Shown: piece after piece, positions 37,339 through 50,684 of the stretch | How the letters are laid out: the number at the start of each line of letters is the position of its first letter | Position numbering within the stretch: the first letter of the stretch is position 1 | NCBI GenBank assembly: GCA_051294375.1 | Contig: CM119270.1 | Span: 8,667,213-8,731,212 of the forward strand | DNA: 64,000 nucleotides | Reading direction: 5' to 3' | Origin: Paraspadella gotoi | Lineage: Eukaryota > Animalia > Chaetognatha | The notes under the pieces: generated by a model | Databases searched by the model: none | What the model saw: the letters and a program-made list of their open reading frames with translations, nothing else | What the model was told of the DNA's origin: nothing | Position numbers and translations under genes: made by a program

Positions 37339-39102
37339 ATCGTATTAAGTTCAGAGAAAGAAGTTAAACTTTCTGAAGGTAGGTACGACAAATCAAATTT
37401 TAAAAAAATTGAAAGGTATTGCACATGTAAGTATATTTATACCTATTATTTATATTACTTACTTGTATTATTGATAACCTTATTTTTTTGCAAAAAATGT
37501 TCCAAACGCATGAGTAATTCGCTAATTAATATATTATATTGCTATATAATTGTTAAAAATTTTTTTTAGATATTTTAGGTTTTTTTAATTGATTCTGATA
37601 GAGCTTAAAAAGTAAAGCAAAAAATAATAATTACAACTTTTTAAAATTTTGATGTTTATTACTAAAAATTAATAAAAATGCCTAAAATCAATCGGGATGA
37701 TGATGATGATGAATGATTTTTTCAGTTTTTCTAATTTAAACCCACTTATCATCAAAATATAGAAAAAAAAGAATTATACTTTGTGTAGAATAACTTTTTA
37801 TAAGCTATTTGAATCTGCTTTTAAAACTAAAAATTCCAAAAAAAAATTTTTGACATTTCGCTATCTATAATAAATATTAAAAAATTAATTACAATGCTTC
37901 TTGTCATTTTAGAAAATTTTGGCCATTGAAAGTTTCTCAGAATGTATGAAGTTTCATTTGGAAAGGTTCCCAAATCAAACTTCTGACCCACCCCATTGAC
38001 GAAGTTTGGCTCTACTGAAAGGTATAAAAAGTTAAGCTTTAAAAAATTGAAAAAAAGGTATGTCCATGGTTAATTTATATTTTACCCCTTATTATTTATA
38101 TTACTTTTACTGTTAATTATTGTAACCTTATTTTTTTCAAATTAAAAAAAAACCTGATTTTAAAACCATTTGTTTTCTCGCAATCAATTTCCGTCCCCTC
38201 TGGCGTTAATTTTCCTAAACAATTTAAACAAAAAATAAGTAACGTATTAACAAAATGTATTCCTTTTGTACGGAAAAGTTAAGCTTTAAAGTTCAAATAA
38301 ATTTATAGTTTTGTAAATTCATATTTCGCAGGTCAGTTAACATTCTTCGAGAAATTTCAACAATGAAATTCTACTTTTCTCAGTAAGTGCGTACAACGAT
38401 GTGAAAACTTAGGCACTAACAATCAGGTCCCTCATCCAATGCACTTAAAATATACTCAATATAAATGTATTTCGTCCAATATTCTAAATTAATAAAAGCC
38501 CTCAGCTTTTTTACTCTCAAAACTCCGTTTCATGTCACTCCAGCTTTCGTCTTTCCTCCAAACGACGATATTTTTAGTTTCTTTTTCGTTTCTTAACCAT
38601 TCGTGTGACGGTATGTAAATCTCTTCCTCTTCTCGTCCTTCGCTCTTCCTCCTCCTATCAAAAACTAGGGTGAACGATCTTCCTCTTCCTCCATCTTCGC
38701 CGAGCAATGTTTACGGGGGCCGGCGCATGAACCGAAGTACAACCATCGGCCTAGATATCCGTGCGTATCTTCCTCCGCCTCAAGAAGGATCCGAGGTAAA
38801 GTAGTTCCGAATATTTTTTTTTATTTATAAAATTTGTAAGAGAATTCGTTCGACTTCTGCCGAGAAATCCAACTTAGAAAATAAACATTTATTAGCATTA
38901 AAAAATGGGTCGATCCTTATTTCTGTCATCGTTTGTTGAAAAAAAAATTACGGATAAAGAGAGAAAAAAAAAGTTCTCTCTCTCCCTCTCTCTTTTTCAT
39001 TCGCAGGTTTTTTTGACCTGGATACGACCCGGGCAGAGCAGAGAGAAACTAGGTCGAATTGCTCCGCGCTATCTCTCTCTCTCTCTCTCTCTCTCTCCTC
39101 TC

Positions 39103-39159
<57 letters not shown>

Positions 39160-39426
39160 CTAATCTTCTCTCTCTCGAGGTCACTTGCTCTAGCTCGAAG
39201 CGCCTTGCTCTCTCTGTTTCTATCTCTCTCTCTATTTCTTCCCTTGTTGCTTGTAAACTGAGAACACATACGTACAAAATGGACCATTCAACGAAGCGCG
39301 ATTTTGGCTTTGTACTGGAAAATGTCAACAAACGCGCAACCAATTTTACAAATACGTTCAATCGTCAACAATTATATTCGGCTCTTAATTAAATCTTATT
39401 ATACAATTTGATGTGTTACTGCAATT

Positions 39427-39482
<56 letters not shown>

Positions 39483-40934
39483 TTGTGTTTTACCTCCTTG
39501 ATTTACTTTTTACCCTTTTTGTCTTTCTCACCCTCTTATTCTATTTTCTCTTAACCTCCTCTTCCCACCAAATCAAATCAAATTAAATTGGCTACATTTT
39601 ATTTCGATATCGCCAGCTTTCTGAACGTAAAACAAATTTCGTATAACATCGCCGAGGATAATGACGAGTACGTCAGATACTCCCCTCCTTTTCTCGGATG
39701 AAGCGTCAAATAAAAAAAGAAAAATTAATCTCAAACATTTTTGTGGCCTTAATTTTTGTTTAAGGGGACCGGATAGGTTTTTTTTTTATCTGCTTAAGTT
39801 TTTGCCCCACATTTTTTTTTCTCTGGCATCGGGATCGAGAAAAAAAAAGGAGAGACAGACCGAGAGAGAGGCAGCCTGTTGCTGCAACTGCGGTCACAGC
39901 ATCGGGTTGAGTTGAAAGTGGCAGAATCATCGTCGTCGTCGTCGTCCGCGTCGAGAACGAATCCAAATCTAGATCTTAGCCATTTTTTTGCGGTCATTTC
40001 TATCGTCGTCGTCGTCGTTGTCGCTATCATCTTCGCCATCGTTATCGTTATCGTCCGCGAGGCTTTATTTTGGAAAACATCGAGTTTGCGTTCCTCTGGA
40101 TGTTTTTGTGGTTGTAACTAAAAAATACATATTTTGTAAACTCTATTTTAGTACTCAGTATAAACATTTTTGTGGTGAGTTTTTTTATAATTTTATACAT
40201 AAAAGTTTATTCTTTTATTTATGTATAATTCATAGAGTTATTGATTAAATACTTTATTTTTATTGTTATTTTGTATTGTTATTTTGTTTTTATTTTATTA
40301 TTATTTAAATATATATTTATTTGAGGTAATATATGAATTCTTTGTTTACATACAACGACTTTTTATTATGAAACATAAATTTCGGACATGCTTCGGCTTT
40401 AACGTAAGCCTTCATCAACGTAAATTGATTTGCGAAAAAAAAAACATTTTCTACCTCAAATAATGCAACGAAAAGAAAGGAAAACAAACACAGATATATA
40501 TGTATTTATTTATTTATCTATTAAAAAAATTATTCCCTTTATTTGATGAAGCTCCGATGAAGGAGTTTTTCCTCCTCCTCATGATTTCCCTTTTCCTTTT
40601 TACCCACAAAATCTTTCCTTCCGAACCACAAACCTTTTTTTTTCCATTTAACCTCCTTTCCACTTCTTTTGAGATTTAACCTTAATTCTCCTTCTCTTTT
40701 TTTTTTCTTGTTCGATTTTCACGGGATTTTTCCTCGTTTACTTTTCGGAGGTGAGTAAATCTCTTTTTTGACAGATATGGTTTCCTTTTTTTTGATTGCG
40801 ACGGTTGTGAAGTTGGCGCGACTTTGTCCTTTTATCTCTGGGTTGCCTCTTTTTTGTAGCACGAAAATGTATATAGCTCTAAAATACATGAAGATTTTAA
40901 AATGTTCTTGTTATGATGAATTTCGTTTTCTCTC

Positions 40935-41036
<102 letters not shown>

Positions 41037-42740
41037 ACCAGTTTCCCTCTTTCAACATCCGTCTCTCTTTCACCCTCTCCTCTCTCTCTCTCTCTATCTG
41101 TCATTCTCTTATTTAAAACTCGAATCATTAACCTTTTTCTATTTAATTCAGAGCAGAAAAACATTTCAGTTTCGTTTATCCAATGAAAAGTAGGGCTTGT
41201 TCGCGCCCAGGAATGATACTGGATGTCTAGTCGAGTTTAGTACTTAAAAAATGTGGAGCCATGTGGAGTATAAAACTAAGGATAGATGAAAGAAAGAAAG
41301 GAGAGGAAATGGAGAGAGAAAGAGAGGAGAGAGAGAGAGGGAGAGAAAGAGAAGAGAGAGAAGAGGACGAGAGAGAGAGGAGAGCGAGAGACCACCACTT
41401 GATGAGAGGTTCGACCTTCATGCGGAGGCAAAGATGGGGCACCCTGACATAATAGAGAATGGGGAGCTTGAAACTCCAAAGTTGATAATTCTTCGAGTGA
41501 ACTTATTTAAGTGCTTTGTGACGATTTTTAAATAGAAATACAGTAAAATGAAAATAGATCAAGTCGCTTGTTTTTATTTTATTTTTTCTTTCTATCTTTT
41601 TCATTTCTTCTGTTTTTTCTTTCTTTCTTTCTCTCTCGTATTTACTTTTGTCTGTTTTTTAATCCTTAACCGACCTTAACATGTCGGACATTAACCATGA
41701 TCTCGCAGCGCCCAAGTCTCAATCACAACTCAAATCTAAAATGGGAGGTTTAATCTTCTGAATCGGAATTTTAAAAAAATCATCTTAAGTCTAAATTTTT
41801 TTTTTAGTTGAAATTTTTGCGAATATTCTTTCTTTTCGTCGTGTTTGGGTATTATTGAGATTTAAAACTTTAAAAATTAACAATTTAAAAATCAATCGTT
41901 GATGTAAAAAGAGCTCTTGATAGAAAAAGAGAAAGAGATAACTGAAAAAACCTAAATTCTCGTATTTTCAACGCTTCAAATATGAGTAAAAAAATGGGGC
42001 TTTTTTCCTTTCCCTTTCCTTTTTGACGTCCTAAACTTTCTTTTTTCCGCTTTAGAGGGACATCCAACTTCCTCTTTATACCTACTTTCCTTTCTTGATT
42101 AATTATATTTTTTCATATTCTTTCTCGTTGTGCCACTCCACCTGAGCACATGCGTATGTCATATCGATTCTAAAGAGAATTAATAAATGACGCCGCAATA
42201 ACGTTTACAAGATCATATTCCGAGTAAATTCAACAACTGTTCATCTCAAATTAACCTTAACTCTTATTCTACATTCAGACAAAAAATTTGTAAAATTCAT
42301 CAGCCATATTGAAAACAAAAACTTTGTCAATTCTCTAAGTAAAATTCATCTAATCCTAAAAAAATCTCTTCAAATATAAATTATTTCCGTTTTTATTTAA
42401 ATAGATTAACTCTTTTACAAGGATTATTTTTACGAGCAGCTTTTCCGTCAGCATTGTATCTGCGTACCAAAATATAAAGTAAATAATTATTTTCTGGCAT
42501 GTTGGTTTCGTAGATAACAAAAATATGTAACAAAAATGCTAGCAGCTAACAAATATATTTACATTTACATTGCTTGTAAATTGCAAAAAGAAGTGGCTTG
42601 TCCGGAAAAAAGGCTTTCGCTAATTTCTACTCTTCCTTCCTTCTTTGTGTCTGCGTCAAGGAATTGCCTTACTTTCAGCCCTTCAGAATATGCAAAGAAG
42701 AAAGAGAGAGAAGAGAGAGAGAGAAGAAGAGAGAGGGAGA

Positions 42741-42796
<56 letters not shown>

Positions 42797-42982
42797 GGGA
42801 GAGAGAATATCGCGAAAGATGAAGCCTGTCAACTTATTTCCACTTCATTCTTCGCGCGAAAAACTAACTAACTGGGTCAAACGTTGGGAACCAACGCGTT
42901 GGTGAATAAACGTTTTTTCTACCTTGCTGCAAAAATGTTTTATTTTTCAAGAAAGGAGTTCATTTTCTCTCTTCCTCTCTCT

Positions 42983-43023
<41 letters not shown>

Positions 43024-43619
43024 CTCTCTCTCCTCTTCTCTCTCTCTCTCTCTTTCTCTCCCTTTCCCCTTTTCCATTCACCTCACCTCACCTTTTTTCT
43101 TTTCGGCTTCTTGTTTCGTGTCACTGATTATGGATGGGATCACGTGCTTTCCTTTGTGATGTGGTCTCTTGTGATTTCTAATTTCATCAACACGTTTCAC
43201 TATTTAACACAATATTAATATTATTATCAACTATCAAGTATTATTCACTCAGACAATCTCTACAAACCAGGAGTGGAAAAAAGTTAGGAAAAGAAGTTAG
43301 GATAGAAGAAAAATAAATTGTGAAGAGAAAAGGATAATTAAAAAATGTAAAAAGAGATTTAGAGATTGCTGAAGTCATTTAACGTCTCTTCACTTTCCCC
43401 CTTTCCTGCTTATTGAATTGAGTCCCAGGTTCGATCACCGGGCTTTTAGGTTTTAGAAGTTTTGTTCAATAATGAAACTGAGGAACAAGACAGATTATGA
43501 TCATTAAATTGATTTTTAAGTTTTTTTTTCGTTATATTAATTGTAAACGTTTCAGTAGGATTTGGTTTTTGCGATCCAAATAAAAAAAAAAATCTTAAAA
43601 GCAATCGTGATCGAGCCTT

Positions 43620-43850
43620 GATGAAACAAATTGATGCGATGATAAACAATATGATGCGATGAAAAAATATTGATGCGATGATAACCGAAGATATGCGAAT
43701 GATAACCAAATGATGGATGCGAATGATAATCATTCATTGATGCGATGATAATCATTCATTGATGCGATGATAGTCCTTCATTTGATCGGATGATAAACCA
43801 TTCATTGATACGATGATAGTCATTCATTGATGCGATTCTAGTCATTTATT
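43620..43850. repeat. ~21-bp minisatellite (GATGCGATGATAATCATTCATT)
   Basis: About 10 degenerate tandem units. Confidence 0.85.
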
Positions 43851-45122
43851 ACGTGATGAGTTAATTAGAGAGAGAGAGAAAGAGAGAGAAAGAGAGAGGA
43901 GAGAAGAGAGGAGAGAGAGAAGATGAGAGAGGAGAAGGAGAGAGAGAGAGAGAGAGAGAGAGGAGTGAATTGAGAGAAATATAGAGAGAATAATAAAAAT
44001 AATAATAAAAGTTTTTTAGAAGGAAAAAAATAAAATCCACGAAAATCTCGGAAATAAATTTGGGATTTTGTATTAAAAAAAGTGGGCGTGATAATAAATA
44101 AAATTGTTTTTAAAAGTGTGATTGTTCAAACAAAAAATACTTAAATCAAATGTAATAAGAAAATTATACAACGCTATTTCAAGATGAGAAGCCATATCTA
44201 ATTTTTAACTTACTATGATCGCACACTTGTAAAACTTTATCATTATTCATAATATTTTTATTTAAAAAAAAACGGTAAGACCAGCCAAACCTATAAAAGC
44301 GTAGTAGTTTTTATATAGAAACAGCGTGACGCCGCCGACGACGACGACGACGACGACGTCACAAAGAAGCTCACCCGAATCAATATCGAGCCTGTAGGCT
44401 CGATAATTAACTTCCCAATATTAGTTTCGTTTGTCAGTTGTTTATTATCGTAACTTATCACCGTAAAAAACCACTGGTAAAAAATACTGTATTTCCCTCC
44501 GAATTGAATCCGTTCGTTTCGCCCTTTGATTCGTCTGTTTTGTTTCGCCCTTTGATTCGTCCGTTTTGTTTCGCCCCACTCTCCGGTTCTTAACCTCTCT
44601 CTCCGTTTCCTCTCTCCCTCCTTCCTGTTAACCCTTTCAGCTTCAGACTTTGTCCTACTTCTCTCTCTCTCTTTTTCTCTCTCTCTCCCTCTCTCGCTCT
44701 CTCTTTTTCCCGACACAACATGTCGGCCGAACAATGGGCCAAATTCCTAGTTTGCCAACTCAGATATTTTTCCCCCGTTGGTTTGATATTGATATTTAAA
44801 AAAATGAACGACTAAAAAAACCTACAACTCATGAAGAAAAATTCCGTTAGAGACGAAATTAACTTTAATGGCAAACAAAATGTCGATTCGTTTACGTACA
44901 ATCGTTCAACTTGAACTCTCTCTCTCTGTCTCTAAGTCTTAAAAATAATTTATTTTCTCTTCTCAGTTCTCTCTCCCTTTTCCGTTTCTGCTCTTCCTCT
45001 TTTTTCCCCCTCCTCTTCCTCTTTTTCCCCCTCCTCTTCCTCTTCTTCCTTCCTTTCCTTCGTCCATTCCGGCCTCTTTTTCCAACGAATGAAAGAAATA
45101 GAAAAATAAAGACGGAAAATCT

Positions 45123-45211
<89 letters not shown>

Positions 45212-45906
45212 ACTATTCCACGCTTTTCCATCGTTTAAAATTTAAATGTAATCATTGCACCATTCGGTGCTACTCGCCCTTCCCTCTGTTGCTCTTTCGG
45301 ACAATATATTTTTGTTCTTCGTCTTTGTGAAAAACATCACAAAATTATTACAAAAGGTTAAAACGTCTATTAGTTGTTTTTTTCAGCGTTCTTGACATCA
45401 AGGTAATCAAGTACGTAATTGTCATATTGAACTAATATTCATTTTTTTATTATATGTTTACCAAAGATTTAATTTAAGACTATTTTACAAAACTATTTTA
45501 ATGTTCAATTTGTTCATGTTTTTTATTGTTGCCATGAAACCAGATTAAAAATTAAGTTACAACAAATGTTCATAATTTTATTTTGTCTTAAATTATTTAT
45601 TTGTCGATTTATAATTAGATTTAGAATTTTTGAACATTTTTGTTTCACTCTCCCATTTGATATCCATATTTCTTCTTCAGTACTTCTTGGGTTATTGTTA
45701 TTGATAAAATAACACTCTAACCCAATTCATACTATTTTTCTGTTATACGATTGAAGATTCAATGTTAAAAATTTCTTAGTCATATACGTCTTACAGCTTC
45801 AATATATTAGGGTTTGTTTTTATATATATTGATTTGTCTTATTAACCCGCCACCCATTGACCTTCTCATGGCATCTTAACCTGTCCTCGGTTCCAATTGC
45901 TTTGGT

Positions 45907-46024
<118 letters not shown>

Positions 46025-46417
46025 GGTCAGACAAAGAGAGTTTTAGTCTAGATTCGACAATCGACTCGAGCAAGGGTTAAGGGTCGATCGAACTTCGACG
46101 AAAAGATCTAGAGCAGGTTGCTCTCTCCTCTTTCGTGGTCATCGCCATCGTCGTCGTTGCCAGCGTCGTCTTTGTCGTCGTTACCATCGTCGTCTTCGTC
46201 GTCGTTGCCATCGTCGTCTTCGTCGTCGACCTCGTTATCATTTCCTCGTTGAAATCAATTACGTTTTATTATTATTATAACGCAGAATTTCGTCAAGAAT
46301 AATAATTACAAACAAAAATAATAAATAAAAGATATAAAAAGCATACTACTTTATTAATTAATTTATCATCTCGCTTTTTTAAGCATGTACTGCATATGAA
46401 ATAACATACCAGATTTA

Positions 46418-46548
<131 letters not shown>

Positions 46549-47066
46549 TCTGTCTGGGAGACGTTTTATGTGGCTTGGAGAGAAAAAGGTCAAAATGACG
46601 TCACCATCTTGGATTTATGAAAAAAAAAATTTTAAGCTTCATTACGTCTTAATGTATCCCAAATTATCCCCAACTCAAGTGACACGTGTTTAACATAAAA
46701 ATATACGGAATAAACAAACTTCGTAAACTGTAAGCTTTTCCATTCTATCCCCAAGAATATTAAATAATGTCGGCTGCTCATCATGAAATATATATAGCTT
46801 GTCAATTTTTGCCTATTTTTAAATTTTAACTTTACCATGATTCGCGAAATCTAATCTTTTTTACTTTTTTCCTCGCGCGATATTAACTAAAAAAAGCAAA
46901 CGTGAAAATATTAAAAAAAATAACTTTTAATTCAGTTCGTAAAATATTACGCATGTGTCTCGTCGTCGCATAATTTTGCATCATGCCGCGAATATGACTC
47001 GCTCCTGCACAACGACGGGGCGCGGGGGCTCTGACTCGCGCGTGCTCTCAGTTACTCCAGTTGTTT

Positions 47067-47114
<48 letters not shown>

Positions 47115-47930
47115 AATGAGATTTTTCTCGTGTTCTCTATTGCTCTCCGATGATTTCATGTTTCCACAAATGAAAAAAGTATGATATCCATATTGTTTAC
47201 TTTCTTTTGTTTCTAATTTTTTTAAATTTCGAATTGTGCAAATGTGGAAAAATTTGTTATTTTTTTTAAATTTACATTACATAATTTTAAGTCTTATTTT
47301 TTTTATAATCATTTTTTAAATATGAAAAACTACTTTGTGGTCCTACAAAGGTTAATGCATTATTACATACCAAAAAAAACTTAATTAAAAAAAAATGTCG
47401 TTCCTATTTTTCTCTTTGACTCAGAAATTTTTTTCTCACAAAAACCACATAACAAAGAGAATTTCACTTTTTATTTAAGGTGCCAGGAATGGGTGAACCA
47501 GATCTGGATCAGACACCCCTCAACGTTATAAAAGAAGGAAATCACTAACCGTATATATTCGTGGGGAGAGATTAAAGATCGCTCAACTTTTTAGTCATGG
47601 CCGCCGGAACTGAATGGTTGATGTGTGCAAGAATGTTTTGGATAATATATGTTTGTTCGTTGTTTTGCTCAATATTTGCAGATCCTTACATGTAGGATGT
47701 ATCTAAAATATTACAATTATTATGAGTTTATTTTACCTCTACTACAACAGTGCATACTACAACCAATTAAATTAAATTCGTTTTAAAAAACCTTTTTCAT
47801 TTCTAATTTTGAAAAAGAAAAGTTAATAAGAAAATGTTTTTTATATTCGTCGCCATAATCAGGTCTACTCCATAGTAACCCGAAATGCGTTCGTCTATTT
47901 TTTTTTTTTTTTCAATTCAAATTTTATATA

Positions 47931-48026
<96 letters not shown>

Positions 48027-48148
48027 ATATTTTCTCTCTTTCTCTCGGCCACCCCCTCCTTACCCTTTCTACTCTTGGAGAAAGATATAGGTCCTTATTC
48101 CTTTCCTCCTTATTTTCCATGGTCTCTCTCTCTCTCTCTCTCTCTCTC

Positions 48149-48191
<43 letters not shown>

Positions 48192-48799
48192 CCTTTCTTT
48201 TTTTCACGTTCCTCCGCCCGGAATAATGTACTTTAGGGTGAATATAAAAAAGAACAATAAACCAAAGTCTATTTTTCCAGAACTTGGCCGACTTCCTTTC
48301 GCCCTTCTCAAGGCTCATTTCCCGACGTTCAATTTCGTAATAATGTTTAGGAAATCGAATTTATATTATATCTTAATAACTTTAAATTTTTCTTCATGAT
48401 TTTTTTATTATTTATGATGCTTCCAATATCATGGTTTCACTGCTTTTCTCCTGAGATTTTTTAAATAAGTTTTTATTTTTATTTTTTTTAGGTTTGTTCG
48501 ATTTACTACAAAATTAATTTACAAACTTAACCTTCCACTTTTTTCAATTTTTTTTTTCTAGGTTGTCATGGTTTTTGTGATCCCTTTTGATTTCGTTACT
48601 ACATTCAATCTGTTTAAGATAATGGTTTTTGACGTCTCTCCCTTTCATCCAATCTCTTTAGATCCACAATCGCTCTCAAATATTATTTTCTATTTTCCAT
48701 CAACTCAATCGCATTTTTTCCCTCTTTTTTCCTCCTCCTCTTCCTCTTCCTCTTTTTCTCCTTAAATCTCCCTTGCACCTTCTTTCCTTTTTTTTTCTT

Positions 48800-48920
48800 T
48801 CTCGACCTCACGACGTGTTGCACCATTTTTTTCGCGCGCGCGGTCGTCGCTGCAACAGTTGCGGGTGCATCGCGTACGATGCATGACGCGCGCACGCTAC
48901 GCTACGCTACGCGCAATCGT
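48800..48920. promoter_or_regulatory. CpG-rich promoter/enhancer-like island upstream of the + strand gene
   Basis: CGCG-rich block with hairpin TGCATCG-CGTA-CGATGCA in an AT-rich background. A similar block ending in an Inr-like TCAGTT lies at ~46950-47055. Confidence 0.3.
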
Positions 48921-49323
48921 TAATCGTTCTTTTATCTCTCTCCTTTTCTCGGATGAAGAAGACGTTGACTGTCTACTAATGCATTTATTTTAATTCCGCT
49001 GGTAAAACAGGTCTCCAAAAAAAAAATAATTAAATAAAATAATTAAATCGAAAATGAACAAAAATCAAAACAAAACTCAAACTCAAACTTAAACTCAAAC
49101 TTGCCGTTATGAAACAAGTTTTAAAGCTATATTTGAAAAATTTAATACTTCACCCAACGAAAAAAAATTTGTAGTAATTTTGATTTACATTATGAATTAC
49201 AACTATCACAGTGAATATAATTGTTGTCTTAACTATAAGGAGCGTATCTTTTGTGATCCTTGTCGTTTTAATAAAAAAAAAATTAAGGAATCACTGTCTT
49301 TCTCTTTTCTTTCTTTATTTCTT

Positions 49324-49357
<34 letters not shown>

Positions 49358-49399
49358 TTCTTTCTTTCTTTTTTCTTCTTTCTTTCTTTTCTGTTCTTA

Positions 49400-49435
<36 letters not shown>

Positions 49436-50684
49436 GGTTATTTCCTTCCATAATCTCACGACTTTCCATCCTCTGTAATTTTGTTTTTTTCTCAACCTCC
49501 CAGAAACTACTTCATGGCCATCTACCTCACGAAAATAAAACAAAAGATCAACGTTTGCCAAAATAAAATCCGGGTTCGCCGAAGGATTTTGGATCGAAAC
49601 AGGAGAAGGAACGAACTAACCAACTAACAAAAAAAAAAGACGTAATATAAACGTACATATGAAACAAAGAAGGTTCCAAAGAAATCTAGTAAATGATTAG
49701 GCCAGGCTTGGCGACGCAAGAAGATCAGAAGATAAAAAAAAGGAACGTAATTAAAGAGCGACGACCTTTATCGATTTAAAACAAAAAATATTGATCAACA
49801 TATTGAAATAACAGCCAAGATTTGTTTTTGTCTCTCGATCACTCAAAAAAACCCCAGCAACCTCTATCGGACGGCCGACTCGTCAAAAAAAAAAATGCTT
49901 AAAAAAAAACTTAAAAAGCTTACCTGACCCTTTTTTTCCCTCTATTCGTTATTTGTTTTTTTTACGTTTTCTCCGCCGCTTTGCAAATACGTAACTTACC
50001 TCTTTTCCTTCCGCACGTGAATTACCTCTCGCTTATTTCCTCATTCGCCTCGTCGCCGACTGGCAACAAACAATTTGAGGGGATTTTTTTGCCTCAAGTC
50101 ATCGCCGCGCTCTTCTTCATCCGCATTTCCTTTTGTTCCTCCACCATCTCCGACCTCCCCTGACCTCCCCCGACCAGCTCCGACTTCAGACATCCTTCAG
50201 TTACAACATCGTCGTCATCCTTTGTCATCATTCGTTACAAATTGGAAGAGGCTCGAAACGCATTCTTCCCAATGTCGTCGTATCCCACGCCCTTCGTTCC
50301 ACCATAATTCACTCAACTCTCTCTTTATCAAGTTCACAGGCTCTCTCTCTTCACTCTTCTATCACACTCAATCTCGTTCACTCCCCCCTCTCTTTCCCTC
50401 ATTCCCTCTCTTTCTCCCATCATGCTCATCGAACGCCTTCCTCCGCTTTTACATGAACGAACCGTTCAACGTTGGATAAAACTCACTCTCATTGTAAATA
50501 CATAATAAACAAAGTCTTTTTTCTCAAAAAACCCACGCCGCTAAAAAAAACGCTGATCAATAGGCGTCGTTTCTCTTTTTAATGGCGGGCGCTCCGTCTC
50601 TCTCCGGCCTTTTAGAGCACCGAACACGGAGTTCCGCCTGATAGCGGCGCCCTTTCGTCGGCGCGGTGGCGAGCGGCGCCCGAA

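Larger units (their letters stand above)
29693..39634. repeat. segmental duplicate copy 2 (~9.9 kb)
   Basis: Follows a 25-N gap; carries the intact RING ORF and an extra ~640 bp (about 37380-38020). Confidence 0.95.

Noticed and set aside
43423-43445. B-box-like CCCAGGTTCGATCACCGGG
   Set aside because: Isolated T-arm-like fragment with no A box; too short to call a tRNA or SINE.
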